IMG/VR virus record: IMGVR_UViG_2645727562_000022
Coordinates: 1 to 46,320 of that record
DNA: 46,320 bases
DNA from: a virus
Lineage: Duplodnaviria > Heunggongvirae > Uroviricota > Caudoviricetes
Strand: one strand, 5' to 3'
Shown here piece after piece: positions 25,427 to 37,149 of the stretch. Numbering within the stretch: position 1 is the first letter of the stretch; the number at the start of each line of letters is the position of its first letter. The notes below the pieces were generated by a model. It did not search any database, was not told where the DNA came from, and saw only the letters and a list, made by a program, of their open reading frames with translations. The position numbers and the translations under genes are program-made.

Positions 25427-26168
25427 TGCCGGTGTTGAGGCGTGGTATCGAAGACAGCTAGACAACCACATCAGAGAGATGCAGAAGTCCGTTGTGTACT
25501 GGCTAACCGCTAATTACAAAGCAAGCGGTGCAGCGGTGGCAATGGACGCATCTCCTGCTGTGTTTATGCGCGATGCCATGAAGAAGCTCGCTAAGCGATG
25601 GACAAAGGCATTCGACAACGTATCTCAGAAGCTGGCCGAAAGGTTTGCCGGTGATGCGATGAAGAATACTGATGTATCTCTCCATAAAGCGCTTGAAACG
25701 GCAGGCTTCACGGTTGAGTTCAAGATGACAGCGCCGATGAATAACGCACTGCAGGCAACTATTGCAGAGAACGTTGGGCTGATACGCTCAATCCCTGAGA
25801 AGTATTTCATTGAGGTTGAGGGGCTGGTTATGCGCTCGGTTGCACGAGGTCGTGACCTTTCTTACCTCACTGACGAGCTTCAGAATCGCTATGGCATCAC
25901 GCGCAGGCGTGCGGCATTAATCGCACGCGATCAGAACAACAAGGCAACCTCAGTAATGCAGGCTGCAAGGCAGCAATCACTTGGTATCACTCAAGGCGTC
26001 TGGAAGCACTCGCATGCTGGCAAAGAACCACGACCATCGCACGTTAAAGCTGATGGAAAGGTGTTTGAGCTAAGCAAGGGAATGTACCTCGATGGCAAAT
26101 GGGTGATGCCTGGCGAGGAAATCAACTGCCGTTGCACCTGGTCACCAGTCATACCAGGCCTCTCGTAA
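25338..26168 (+). CDS. Head morphogenesis protein (SPP1 gp7 / Mu F family)
   Basis: Resembles the Mu F / SPP1 gp7 family by position and sequence. True start uncertain: ORF-track ATG overlaps the portal by 89 nt; an in-frame ATG near 25479 is an alternative. Confidence 0.75.
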   Translation: MTSKSKTTTKTMTSGKKKSTQQTLRAIHPNAGVEAWYRRQLDNHIREMQKSVVYWLTANYKASGAAVAMDASPAVFMRDAMKKLAKRWTKAFDNVSQKLAERFAGDAMKNTDVSLHKALETAGFTVEFKMTAPMNNALQATIAENVGLIRSIPEKYFIEVEGLVMRSVARGRDLSYLTDELQNRYGITRRRAALIARDQNNKATSVMQAARQQSLGITQGVWKHSHAGKEPRPSHVKADGKVFELSKGMYLDGKWVMPGEEINCRCTWSPVIPGLS

Positions 26169-26230
26169 ATAATCAAAATCAATCAAGGTCGCTAAGGCGG
26201 CCTTTTTTATTGCCATAAGCGGGGAAGTCT

Positions 26231-28054
26231 ATGGACGAACTCGAATCCTACTCGCTAGCCGAGGATGAGGATAAGTGGATAACCATAAATGGTTCCCACG
26301 TCAAAATTGATGAAAATGGAGATGTTGTTGCTGGCGCTGAAGGGAAGATTAATAGCAATAAAGATGAAAAGAAATCAGCCGGGGCAAAACTATCAGCCAA
26401 TGAAAAGTCAGCCATTTCCAGTTACTCAGGTGACAATTTCTTAAAAATAAACTCAGATCTTCGTAAAGGTAAAGATGAAGACCCTGATGTGGCACGTATT
26501 GACTCAGCCATTAGCAAGGGAAGTTTAGAAGGTGGAACGCTTTACCGAGGAATGAGCAGGGAGGACGCAAAAAAACTGTTCCCAGGCGGAGATATTAAAA
26601 AGGGAATGGTTGTTTCAGACCCCGCTTTTCTTTCCACATCTAAAGAAAAAAAAATCGCCGGTATGTTCAGCATCGGCGGTGTAATGCTCCAAATAGAAAC
26701 AAATCAAGGAGACAAGGGGCTGGATGTTACTGGTCTTTCCAGCAACAAGCATGAGGATGAAACATTACTTCCACGCAATGCAAAAATGGAAGTGATTGGA
26801 GTGCATCCTCCAAAATCACCGGGTCAGCCGGTGACAATAAAGGTCAGATACAAAAGCGAGGAAAAAAGACCCGCAATGGACGGGATTACAGAAAGCCTGG
26901 CATTTGACCGCGCTTCAATGCGCTCGTTTGATGGCAACGGCAGGCTTCAGGTTAAGTTAAGCAATATCAGCAAGGCGAATGTCTGCCCCTACTTCGGGAG
27001 AGAGATTCCAGGCGCTGAAAAGCTCGGGTTAGAGCCAGATAAGATTTATCATTTATGGCGACACCCTGATGAACTGAAGAAAGCCGCTGCAACATTCAAC
27101 AATATCCCCCTTTTATCAATCCATACACCTGACTTCCCCGGCGACCCACCACGCGAATATCGCGTTGGCGTAACGCATTCAAATGCAGACTTTGACGGAA
27201 CGTATCTGACAAACGGCTTATCGGTTTGGGACGACTCCGCAATCGCCGGTATCGAGACGGAAGAGCAGGAAGAATTGTCTTCGTCGTACCAATACGTCGC
27301 TGACATGACCCCCGGAGTTACACCGAATGGAGAGCCGTATGACGGCATCATGCGGGACATCATCGGGAACCACGTAGCGCTGGTTGAAAGAGGCCGCGCA
27401 GGAAGCGACGTATTGGTCGCAGATTCATTACCCCCGGAGTTAATGCTCATGAGCAAACGTAAAGCCGCGATTATTCGCGCAACGCTGAAGCCGTTACTGG
27501 CAGCTGATGCTGATTTGGAGGCTGAAGTACGGAAGGCGCTTCTGGCGCTGGATGAAGCCGAAAAAGAAGACGAGAAAGAAAAGAAACCGGCTGAAGACGA
27601 GGATGACGACAAGGACGACGAGAAGAAGAAAACCGCTGACGATGAAGATGACGAAGACAGCGATGACAAAAAGAAAAAGCCAGCCGAAGACGAAGACGAT
27701 GAAGACGACAAAGTCTCCAAAACGGCAATGGACAGTGCGATTCGCTTAGCTGCGGACAGCGCAACCAAACGTGCGGCGGAGAACTTCCGAAAAGTGCGTG
27801 AAGCTGAGCAGGCTGTGCGCCCACTTATTGGCGATGTCGTTGCAATGGACTCCGCTGATGATGTCTACCGCACTGCACTTGAGCAGGCTGGCGTGGATAT
27901 CGAAGGCGTTCATCCTTCAGCCTTCCCTAAGATGGTCAAAATGGCTATCGAGCAGCAGAACAACAAACGCCCTGTCATTGCGCAGGATTCCGCATCTCAC
28001 AGCGAATTTGAGAAAGCTTTCCCGACCGCTGGCAAACTGAAACGAGGTTTCTAA
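26231..28054 (+). CDS. Head scaffold-like protein with an N-terminal ADP-ribosyltransferase (R-S-E type) module
   Basis: Residues about 60-200: [16 protein letters not shown], aromatic-Arg LYR106G, S135-T136-S137, E175-D-E177 in canonical order and spacing; then an acidic KDE-rich linker (res about 440-500) and a scaffold-like C-terminus; sits between head morphogenesis protein and capsid genes. Confidence 0.7.
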   Translation: MDELESYSLAEDEDKWITINGSHVKIDENGDVVAGAEGKINSNKDEKKSAGAKLSANEKSAISSYSGDNFLKINSDLRKGKDEDPDVARIDSAISKGSLEGGTLYRGMSREDAKKLFPGGDIKKGMVVSDPAFLSTSKEKKIAGMFSIGGVMLQIETNQGDKGLDVTGLSSNKHEDETLLPRNAKMEVIGVHPPKSPGQPVTIKVRYKSEEKRPAMDGITESLAFDRASMRSFDGNGRLQVKLSNISKANVCPYFGREIPGAEKLGLEPDKIYHLWRHPDELKKAAATFNNIPLLSIHTPDFPGDPPREYRVGVTHSNADFDGTYLTNGLSVWDDSAIAGIETEEQEELSSSYQYVADMTPGVTPNGEPYDGIMRDIIGNHVALVERGRAGSDVLVADSLPPELMLMSKRKAAIIRATLKPLLAADADLEAEVRKALLALDEAEKEDEKEKKPAEDEDDDKDDEKKKTADDEDDEDSDDKKKKPAEDEDDEDDKVSKTAMDSAIRLAADSATKRAAENFRKVREAEQAVRPLIGDVVAMDSADDVYRTALEQAGVDIEGVHPSAFPKMVKMAIEQQNNKRPVIAQDSASHSEFEKAFPTAGKLKRGF

Positions 28055-28055
28055 C

Positions 28056-28538
28056 ATGGCAGGTTTTCAGAGTGTAATTAACCAATACCCAGCACCGGGT
28101 GTTGAAGGTGGCTTTGCTAGCACCAACCCTCACGCCACTTTCCTGGCTGGCGAAGCAGCATTGGTTGCTGGCACTAGCGGTCTGACCGTAGGTCGCTTTG
28201 CATGGGCTGTCGATGGTGTTGCATCAAATACCGGCACCGGCGCTCCTTCTGGCTTCGTCCATCGCGATGGTCAGGCATCAATCACTGTATGGCTTGGTGA
28301 GGCTTCAATGCTCATTCAGCCAGGCCGTGAAGTGACCCTGATGACCGCTGGAGACTTCTGGGCACGTACCGCCACTGCAGCAACTCGCGGACAGAAAATC
28401 TTTGCTGTGCTTGCTGACGGCACCATTAAGACCGGTGCTGCAGGAGCAACCATTTCCGGCGCAGTCGAAACGCCTTTCTATGCTGGTAGCGCTTGTGATG
28501 CAGGCGAACTGGTCAAAATCAGCACCTGGAGCAAGTAA
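28056..28538 (+). CDS. Head structural/decoration protein (inferred)
   Basis: 160-aa Gly/Ala/Thr-rich protein directly before the major capsid gene; call is positional. Confidence 0.45.
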   Translation: MAGFQSVINQYPAPGVEGGFASTNPHATFLAGEAALVAGTSGLTVGRFAWAVDGVASNTGTGAPSGFVHRDGQASITVWLGEASMLIQPGREVTLMTAGDFWARTATAATRGQKIFAVLADGTIKTGAAGATISGAVETPFYAGSACDAGELVKISTWSK

Positions 28539-29572
28539 TGAACGAATTTCAGAAACACTATTCCGCAGCTAGCGGCAAATACGGCATCATTCTGCCGGGC
28601 GCGAAAGACTACCTGAAGCCTGACTTCGCAGAAAACTTCCAGTTGGCGATGGACGCCCAGCCAACCATGGTTACTGCGAACAACGCAGGTATCCCGGCGT
28701 ATTTCACCAACTACGTTGATCCAGAGCTGATTCGCGTTCTGGTCACCCCAATGAAGGCAGCAGAAATCATTGGTGAAGTGAAGAAAGGCGACTGGACTAC
28801 CCTGACCGCGCAGTTCCCAATCGTTGAAAGCACCGGTGAGACCAGCTCATATGGAGACTTCAACAACAACGGCATGACCGCAGCGAACGTTAACTGGGTT
28901 CCTCGCCAGTCTTACCATTACCAGACTCATACCCGCTGGGGTGAACGTGAGCTGGATATGTACGGCGCTGCGCGTATCGGTTACGCAGCAGAGCTTAACG
29001 TAGCATCTGCTCTGGTGCTGAATAAGTTCCAGAACAAGTCCTACTTCTTCGGTATCGATGGTCTGATGAACTATGGCTTGCTTAACGACCCTTCTTTAAC
29101 AGCATCAATCACGCCAAATGCAACAGGCGCTGGCGGAGCTGTAACCTGGTCATCCAAAGATGGTCAGGCGGTATATGACGACATCGTTAAGCTGTACGGT
29201 CAGCTGGTTTCTCAAACCAAAGGTCTGATTGAGCGTACCGACCCAATGACTCTTGCCATGTCTCCTTCTGCGGAAGTGAACCTGACCAAGACCAACATGT
29301 ACAACGTCAACGTGTCTGACCTGCTGAAGAAAAACTTCCCTAACCTGCGTGTTGAAACTGCAGTTGAGTATTCAACTGATGCGGGTGAGCTCGTGCAACT
29401 GATTGCTGATCGTCTTGGCGAACAGGATACCGCTTATGCAGCCTTCACCGAGAAGATGCGTGCGCACGCAGTTGTGGTTGAAGAATCCAGCTGGAAGCAG
29501 AAGAAGTCAGGCGGCACATGGGGTGCAATCATTCGTCAACCGCTGGGCATTGCCAGCATGATCGGGGTTTAA
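28538..29572 (+). CDS. Major capsid protein
   Basis: 344 aa in the canonical position after scaffold/decoration genes; 1-nt overlap with the upstream gene. Confidence 0.65.
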   Translation: MNEFQKHYSAASGKYGIILPGAKDYLKPDFAENFQLAMDAQPTMVTANNAGIPAYFTNYVDPELIRVLVTPMKAAEIIGEVKKGDWTTLTAQFPIVESTGETSSYGDFNNNGMTAANVNWVPRQSYHYQTHTRWGERELDMYGAARIGYAAELNVASALVLNKFQNKSYFFGIDGLMNYGLLNDPSLTASITPNATGAGGAVTWSSKDGQAVYDDIVKLYGQLVSQTKGLIERTDPMTLAMSPSAEVNLTKTNMYNVNVSDLLKKNFPNLRVETAVEYSTDAGELVQLIADRLGEQDTAYAAFTEKMRAHAVVVEESSWKQKKSGGTWGAIIRQPLGIASMIGV

Positions 29573-30799
<1,227 letters not shown>

Positions 30800-30803
<4 letters not shown>

Positions 30804-31168
30804 ACCTGAGAGGCATAGCCAATAGCGCCACGAGAGCAATAAACCCCAACGTAAATGGAGTGTTCCGGATCAATACCGGATTCACTACGTTACCTGGTGG
30901 AAAGCGTGAGCAGACGTACAGCAACGTTGATGTTGAAGTGCAGATGCAAGAGCTTTCGTCAACAGACCTGCGACAGGTAGATGCCATAAACATTCAGGGC
31001 ATCCTGAAAAGTGCGTATCTGAATGGGAACTTCAACGGCGTGAACCGACCAGATCAAAAGGGTGGCGACATACTTATCGTTAATGGTCAGCAGTGGTTGG
31101 TAGTGAAGGTTCCTGAGTTATGGCCTGAATGGTGCCGAGTGATTGTTAACCTGCAGAGGTCGCCATGA
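30800..31168 (+). CDS. Virion morphogenesis protein (inferred)
   Basis: Coupled ORF; positional. Confidence 0.4.
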
Positions 31169-31716
31169 CAGCCACAGTAGACATCACCGAGCTTGACCTG
31201 CGCATCGCGCTGCAGGCGTTTCTGATGGATATCACCGGCCTAACCATCGATAACGTGTTGGTGGGTCAGCAGAACCTTACGCCAATGCCGCTTCATGACT
31301 TCATCATCATGACGCCGCTGAAGCAGATAGGACTTTCTACCAACCGCGTCAAATACGATGACAACGGAGTGTATGGCGAAGGTAAACAACTCAATCAGCG
31401 CAGCACGCAGTGGCCTTGTCAGATTGACTGTTACGGTGAGAACGCAGCTGATAACGCTGCAATCATCGGCACGATAATCCGCTCAGACTTTGCCTGTGAA
31501 TGGTTCAGGCAGAACGGCAATGTCATCACCCCTCTTTACTGCTCAGACCCTCATCAGACAACGATGATAAACGGCGAGCAACAATACGAAGGCCGCTGGA
31601 CGATGGAATTCATCGGGCAATTCAACCCGTCTGTTACCACACGCCAGGACTTCATGGACAGCATTACAGTCGGCGTTATTGCCGCAGATTTAAAATACCC
31701 ACCGGAGAGTGCATAA
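31165..31716 (+). CDS. Tail completion/terminator protein (inferred)
   Basis: Coupled ORF preceding the sheath-like gene. Confidence 0.4.
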   Translation: MTATVDITELDLRIALQAFLMDITGLTIDNVLVGQQNLTPMPLHDFIIMTPLKQIGLSTNRVKYDDNGVYGEGKQLNQRSTQWPCQIDCYGENAADNAAIIGTIIRSDFACEWFRQNGNVITPLYCSDPHQTTMINGEQQYEGRWTMEFIGQFNPSVTTRQDFMDSITVGVIAADLKYPPESA

Positions 31717-33195
31717 ATGGCAATCCCATTACGCAAAGATATTCAAATCAATCCTGGAGTGCTGCCAGCGGGCGGTTCAGCGCTTGATCTGAATGGCCTT
31801 ATCCTTACCGACAGCGCTTATGCTCCGGTGGGGAGTGTTATCACATTCACGAATAAGGAAGACGTAGCGGCCTATTTCGGTAGTGCATCTGCTGAATTCA
31901 GCATGGCTGAAGTGTATTTTCAGGGCTACGACAATTCCACCAAGACCCCTGGCGCATTGCTGTTTGCACGGTTCAACCCGGAAGCGGCTGCAGCGTGGTT
32001 ACGCTCAGGCTCTATGGCGGCCGTAACGTTAGACCAGCTCAAATTACTGAGCGGCGTATTAACCCTGACAGTTGACGGAACTGCGGTAACATCAGCCAGT
32101 ATCGACCTGAGTACGGCAACAAGCTTTGCTATGGCCGCTGACCTGATTGAAACGGGTATCGGCTCCAGCGTTACGGTAGAGTACGACACCACTCAAAAGC
32201 GATTCATCATCACCAGTGCGACCGATGGAGCAGCGAGCACCATCACATACGCAACCGGCACTCTTTCTGCTGGGCTGAAACTGACAGCCGCTACCGGCGC
32301 TCAGTTGTCACAGGGCGCAGATGCAGCAGTAGTGACCACGGCGATGCAGTCAGTGCTTGATAGCTCTCAGAACTGGGCAATTTTCACTACATCCTTCACG
32401 CCTACCGAGCAAGAGGCGCTGGACTTCTCTGCCTGGGTCAACGGTCAGAATTACCGGTTCGGCTACGTGCCATTTACGCTGGAAGAGTCAGCTCTGGTAT
32501 CTGGATCAACCGATACTCTGGCATACAAAATCATCAGCACATACGACTATTCAAACGTCGTGCCGGTGTTCGGTGACCAGACTCACGCAGCGAGCGTAAT
32601 CGGCTATGCAGCATCTCTTGACTTCGACCGCCAGGAAGGCCGAGTACCATTCAAGTTCCGCTCGCTCGGCGGCCTGCTGCCAGAAGTAACCACGTCAGCA
32701 AATTACGATGCGCTGATTGCCAACGGCTACAACTTCTACGGCGCGTACACGGCGAATAACTACGACACCCGTTACTGGGCTGATGGCACCATTACAGGTG
32801 ACTTCAAGTGGTTTGACTCCTTCTGCTTCCAGATTTGGCTAAATGCCAACTTGATGCAGGACGCTATTGAGCTATTCCAGTCCAACCGCAGCATTCCATA
32901 CAACGCACGCGGCAAGGCAATCATCGAGGCGTCATTCTCAGATACGCTGAATCAGGGCATCACCTTTGGTGGTATCCGTACGGGCGTAACACTGTCCAGT
33001 TCTCAAATTTCCGAGATTCAGAACGCCGTGGGCGCTGATATCTCCCCATCGCTGATAGCTAAGGGTTACTACCTGTATATCGCAGACGCAACTCCTACGC
33101 AGCGTCAGGAGCGCACAAGCCCTAGAATGACCCTGTGGTACTGCGACGGTGGTTGCGTGCAGAAAATCACTCTCGCAAGCATTGAGGTGCAATAA
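31717..33195 (+). CDS. Tail sheath-like protein
   Basis: 492-aa protein followed by a 146-aa tube-like gene, a frameshifted chaperone pair and the tape measure gene, the standard contractile-tail order. Confidence 0.5.
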   Translation: MAIPLRKDIQINPGVLPAGGSALDLNGLILTDSAYAPVGSVITFTNKEDVAAYFGSASAEFSMAEVYFQGYDNSTKTPGALLFARFNPEAAAAWLRSGSMAAVTLDQLKLLSGVLTLTVDGTAVTSASIDLSTATSFAMAADLIETGIGSSVTVEYDTTQKRFIITSATDGAASTITYATGTLSAGLKLTAATGAQLSQGADAAVVTTAMQSVLDSSQNWAIFTTSFTPTEQEALDFSAWVNGQNYRFGYVPFTLEESALVSGSTDTLAYKIISTYDYSNVVPVFGDQTHAASVIGYAASLDFDRQEGRVPFKFRSLGGLLPEVTTSANYDALIANGYNFYGAYTANNYDTRYWADGTITGDFKWFDSFCFQIWLNANLMQDAIELFQSNRSIPYNARGKAIIEASFSDTLNQGITFGGIRTGVTLSSSQISEIQNAVGADISPSLIAKGYYLYIADATPTQRQERTSPRMTLWYCDGGCVQKITLASIEVQ

Positions 33196-33636
33196 ATGTC
33201 CAACACTATTACAAGCGCTGATTCAATCTTTGCCCTCACTGTTACCAACCTGTTCCCCAGCGCTCAAACGCTGGAAGGATACGCAGCGGACGCGATGTTT
33301 GCTCTGGGCGATACAGAAATGGCGGTTTCAGTCCGTGGCGCTGACGGCAAGCTCTCAGGCGGCTTCGTTTTCGGTGAGTATCTGCAGACGATCACAATCA
33401 TGCCTGACAGTCCATCTCGTGACCTGTTCGAGACCTGGCAACTGACATCTCTGACCTCGAAGGCAGTATTCCGCTGCAACGCAACAATTATCCTCCCGGC
33501 GATTAGTCGCAAGTTCACACTGACCAATGGCATCCTGCAACGCGTAAAAGCCATCCCTGATGCGCAGCGCGTACTGCAGGCAATGACCTTCCAGATTAAC
33601 TGGGAGTCAGTCGTGGGCGAAGCGTACAACGCATAA
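33196..33636 (+). CDS. Tail tube-like protein
   Basis: 146 aa between the sheath-like and chaperone genes. Confidence 0.5.
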   Translation: MSNTITSADSIFALTVTNLFPSAQTLEGYAADAMFALGDTEMAVSVRGADGKLSGGFVFGEYLQTITIMPDSPSRDLFETWQLTSLTSKAVFRCNATIILPAISRKFTLTNGILQRVKAIPDAQRVLQAMTFQINWESVVGEAYNA

Positions 33637-33644
33637 GGACTAAC

Positions 33645-34049
33645 ATGGCACGCAAAGAGATTTTCTACACCGTCGAAGATAAAGGCCGTGACAATGGGAA
33701 GGTTTTCTACATTCGCGAAATGTCAGCTACTCAGGCTGAGTGGTGGGCAATTCGTGCCGGACTGGCGATGGCTAAAAACGGCGTTAATCTTCCGGATAAC
33801 TTTTCAGATATGGGTATGGCAGGCATGGCGAAAGTCGGCCTCGAAATGGTGGCTAAAATCCCTCCAGAGGATGCACGGCCTCTCCTGGACGAGCTGATGA
33901 AATGTGTTCAGGCAGTGCCAAACCCAGCAGATCAAAACATCAAGCGACCACTGATTGATGATGACACTGAAGAGGTTATGACTCGCCTGAAGCTTCGCGG
34001 TGAAGTCTTTAAGCTGCACGTCGATTTTTTGACCGCCGCCGCCAGTTAG
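33645..34049 (+). CDS. Tail assembly chaperone (G-like)
   Basis: 134 aa immediately upstream of the tape measure gene, with a slippery heptamer near its 3' end. Confidence 0.65.
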   Translation: MARKEIFYTVEDKGRDNGKVFYIREMSATQAEWWAIRAGLAMAKNGVNLPDNFSDMGMAGMAKVGLEMVAKIPPEDARPLLDELMKCVQAVPNPADQNIKRPLIDDDTEEVMTRLKLRGEVFKLHVDFLTAAAS

Positions 34050-34261
34050 ACATCCCTCCGGTAATGGGTCAGCAGATTGCTGGCCTGACCGACTATGCCA
34101 ACGTACCTAAAACAATAGCGACGGTCCTTTCATCGGGTAAATGCTCGTTGACAGAGCTAAGCACAACGCTTGGCGTAGAGGATATGTGGTGGTGGCTTGA
34201 GATAATCACAGTCGACAATTACAACCAAATGGTCATCAACAGGGCTCAGGAGAATGGCTGA
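34025..34261 (+). other. Programmed -1 frameshift extension of the tail assembly chaperone (GT-like)
   Basis: Slippery T-TTT-TTG at 34025-34031 in the 0 frame; the -1 frame reads into the 65-aa ORF ending at 34261, which abuts the tape measure start. Confidence 0.6.
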
Positions 34262-36039
34262 TGCCAACGATTATTGACTCACTGGTAGTCACTCTTGGTC
34301 TTGACTCTTCCGGATTCAAGAAAGGCCAGACAGAAGTAAAAAAAGGCCTGGACGATACCAGAAAGAATGCTGACCAGACAGCTAAAGACATGGAGGCCGC
34401 AGGTAAAAGGGCGGCCTCATTTTTTGGCTCAATCCGAACAGAATTACTTGCGCTGGTAGGTGTTACTCTATCGGCGCAGGGTATCAAGACCTTCATCACC
34501 AACATGACATCAGACTTGATGCGGCTGGGGATTGAATCTCGCGCTCTGGATATCTCGGCTAAGTCGCTTGATGGATGGGAGAGAGCGGCGGCGGCAGCTG
34601 GTTCAACTGCAGAACGCATGGCTGGCACGCTTGGCAACTTCCAGAAGACGCTGACAAACATTCGCACTGGTGGTGGACAGGACGACCCGCTTTTCGGTGC
34701 CCTGGCGTCATTCGCTGGCGCAACAGGCGCTAACTTCGACTATCAGAACGACAACGCCGAAAAAATCATGCGCAAGATTGCCAGCAACTGGGGCAAGTTG
34801 AGCAAAGACGCTCAGCGTCGATTTGGTGGGATGTTTGGCTTTGACAATGCCACTCAGCAGGGGCTTGCTAACGGTTCGCTGGTTCAGGATGCCGACCGTT
34901 TCGCGAAGATATCCCGGGCTACCGATGAAGCAACCAGAAAGGCGCTAGAGTTTAACCGCCGTCTGGAGCAGATGAAGCAGAACTTTACTGCGGCATCTCA
35001 GGTTCTCTATGAGGCGCTGATTCCATACATCGAGAAGCTCATTCCCCTGATTGAGAAGTTCGGGATATGGATTAGCACTCATGGACCTGAAATCAGCAAG
35101 TTCTTCTCCGACACAGCAGACGAAATCAATAAGGTTGTTGATGCCGTGGGTGGACTGGAAAACGCGCTAAAACTTCTCCTGGTGTTTGTAGGTGGGAAGT
35201 GGCTGCTAGGCATGACCAGTTCAATCGGTGGCGTCAGAGGCGCTCTCACGGCGCTTGGTCGCGTGAGCATGATTGCCGGTCTGGTTGAGCTTCAGAAGTA
35301 CGCAGAGCAACTTGAAAAGAAATACTCATGGCTAACAGACAATCCGGTGACAAACTTCCTGAATGGAAGTGCAGGAACAGACACAACCACTGAGTGGGGT
35401 AAGCAACTTCACGACTGGATATTCGATAAAACGGGCATTGAGTTACCCCGTGGCGATGGTTACAAATCAGCACCTCGCGGCATCCGCAACAACAACCCCG
35501 GAAACCTGAACTATGCCGGGCAGGGTGGCGCGACAATGGAAGGTGGTGAAGGTGGTAGGTTTGCAGTATTCGAGTCAATGCAGCACGGCGTTGCAGCGCT
35601 TTATAAGCAATTGCAGCTTTACTTCAAGCGCGGCATCAACACCCTTTCCTCAATCGTCAAAACCTACGCCCCAGCCTCGGACAATAACAATGTCGAAGCC
35701 TATATTTCTGCGCTTACCAAAGCGACAGGAAAAGGTGCTAACGAAGTGCTGGATTCAGGCGACACAGCAACGATTGCCAGACTGATGAAAGGCATTGTCG
35801 ACCATGAGAATGGTAAGGGCTACATCAGCTCATCTGACATTATGGGTGGCATTCAGTTAGGTGCTGGTTCATCTGCTTCTCGAAATATGCCAGCTGCTGC
35901 CGGAAGCCAGACCAACATCAACATCGGCAAAATCGACATGCAGACATCGGCCGGAAACGCTAATGCTCTGGGTGCTGATATACAGAGAAACCTTCAGAGA
36001 AACCGCCTGGTGAATCCAGCGATGTCAGGGCAGGGATAA
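34261..36039 (+). CDS. Tail tape measure protein
   Basis: 592 aa, helical/repetitive, directly after the chaperone frameshift pair. Confidence 0.65.
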   Translation: MPTIIDSLVVTLGLDSSGFKKGQTEVKKGLDDTRKNADQTAKDMEAAGKRAASFFGSIRTELLALVGVTLSAQGIKTFITNMTSDLMRLGIESRALDISAKSLDGWERAAAAAGSTAERMAGTLGNFQKTLTNIRTGGGQDDPLFGALASFAGATGANFDYQNDNAEKIMRKIASNWGKLSKDAQRRFGGMFGFDNATQQGLANGSLVQDADRFAKISRATDEATRKALEFNRRLEQMKQNFTAASQVLYEALIPYIEKLIPLIEKFGIWISTHGPEISKFFSDTADEINKVVDAVGGLENALKLLLVFVGGKWLLGMTSSIGGVRGALTALGRVSMIAGLVELQKYAEQLEKKYSWLTDNPVTNFLNGSAGTDTTTEWGKQLHDWIFDKTGIELPRGDGYKSAPRGIRNNNPGNLNYAGQGGATMEGGEGGRFAVFESMQHGVAALYKQLQLYFKRGINTLSSIVKTYAPASDNNNVEAYISALTKATGKGANEVLDSGDTATIARLMKGIVDHENGKGYISSSDIMGGIQLGAGSSASRNMPAAAGSQTNINIGKIDMQTSAGNANALGADIQRNLQRNRLVNPAMSGQG

Positions 36040-36040
36040 T

Positions 36041-36844
36041 ATGGCCTTTTCACTGAACGAAACAACGCTACTCAGCGCGATAAACAGCGGTAATATCTTT
36101 TCCATTATCAACAGTACCCTTTCGCCTGGTTACGGGATTTACCTGAAATCAGGATTAAGGGCATTGTCTCCGTCCTCGTTCCTGGGGATTGAGTATGGGG
36201 CAGATGCTTCAGTGGTGTCTGCTCCAATTGAACAGGGCTCTTACAGCAGCTTTAACAAGGTAAAACGGCCGCCAATTATCCGGGTGCTGTTTACGCTGGA
36301 AGGATGGACGGGATTTAGCGGTAGCATCCCTAATCTGACAAATTTCACCCTGACGAGTCGCTCAGACATGCTGGCTGCGCTTGATGCGATGGTTGCTGAT
36401 GCACAGGTGTACGACATCGAGACTCCGGACACAACATACGAAGACTACGACCTGGTTAGATACAATTACCGGACATCAGATCGCGATGTGACCCTTCTGA
36501 CGGTGGAAGCCATTTTCCAGGCTGTTTTGCAGGAAGCTGAAGTCACCCTGACAAGCACCACAGCAAACAGCAACACCACATCAAATGGCACAAGTAAGGC
36601 CGCCAGCGTCGTAACAGAGAAGGCAAACTCAACTGCCACTAACTCTACCCTTGAAGATGTCAAAGGAGCGCTAACCGGCCTGAAGGAGTCAGTGTCCAGT
36701 GCGGCAACAACAGTCGCCACGTCTGTCACAAACGCCGTTAGCAATGCAACTTCAGGAGCGACAAGTGCCATCAATGGGGCGGCAACATCGGCCATTAAAA
36801 ACCTTGCGACAACGGTAGATGAACTGGTAGCGGGGTTATCCTGA
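36041..36844 (+). CDS. Tail/baseplate assembly protein with Thr/Ser-rich C-terminus
   Basis: Follows the tape measure gene; low-complexity T/S/A-rich C-terminal third. Confidence 0.4.
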   Translation: MAFSLNETTLLSAINSGNIFSIINSTLSPGYGIYLKSGLRALSPSSFLGIEYGADASVVSAPIEQGSYSSFNKVKRPPIIRVLFTLEGWTGFSGSIPNLTNFTLTSRSDMLAALDAMVADAQVYDIETPDTTYEDYDLVRYNYRTSDRDVTLLTVEAIFQAVLQEAEVTLTSTTANSNTTSNGTSKAASVVTEKANSTATNSTLEDVKGALTGLKESVSSAATTVATSVTNAVSNATSGATSAINGAATSAIKNLATTVDELVAGLS

Positions 36845-37149
36845 TGCAGAACATTTCTCTAAAGCCACTAAAGGCTCAGGAAGTCAGCGTTAACTTGGAC
36901 GGTCAGTCAGTCACCCTGCGCATCGTACAGCGCTCTACAGGGCTGTTTATCGACGTTGGTCTGGATAATTTGTGGATAGCGCAAGGCGTGCTTTGCCATA
37001 ACTGCAACAAGATAGTCCGCTACCCCTATCTCGGATTTAAAGGTGAGCTTTTCTTCGCTGATACCAAAGGAAGTCTTGATCCTGTTTATGACGAGCTCGG
37101 AACACGATTCAAGCTGTTCTATGCCACAGCAGATGAGATGGAAGCATGA
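36844..37149 (+). CDS. Small tail protein (101 aa)
   Basis: Coupled ORF in the baseplate series. Confidence 0.4.
   Translation: MQNISLKPLKAQEVSVNLDGQSVTLRIVQRSTGLFIDVGLDNLWIAQGVLCHNCNKIVRYPYLGFKGELFFADTKGSLDPVYDELGTRFKLFYATADEMEA

Noticed and set aside
27049-27768. 239-aa Ser-rich minus-strand ORF, plus 27471-27824 and 27507-27749
   Set aside because: Antisense and out-of-frame shadows of the low-complexity acidic repeat in the scaffold-like gene; composition is an artefact of the repeat.
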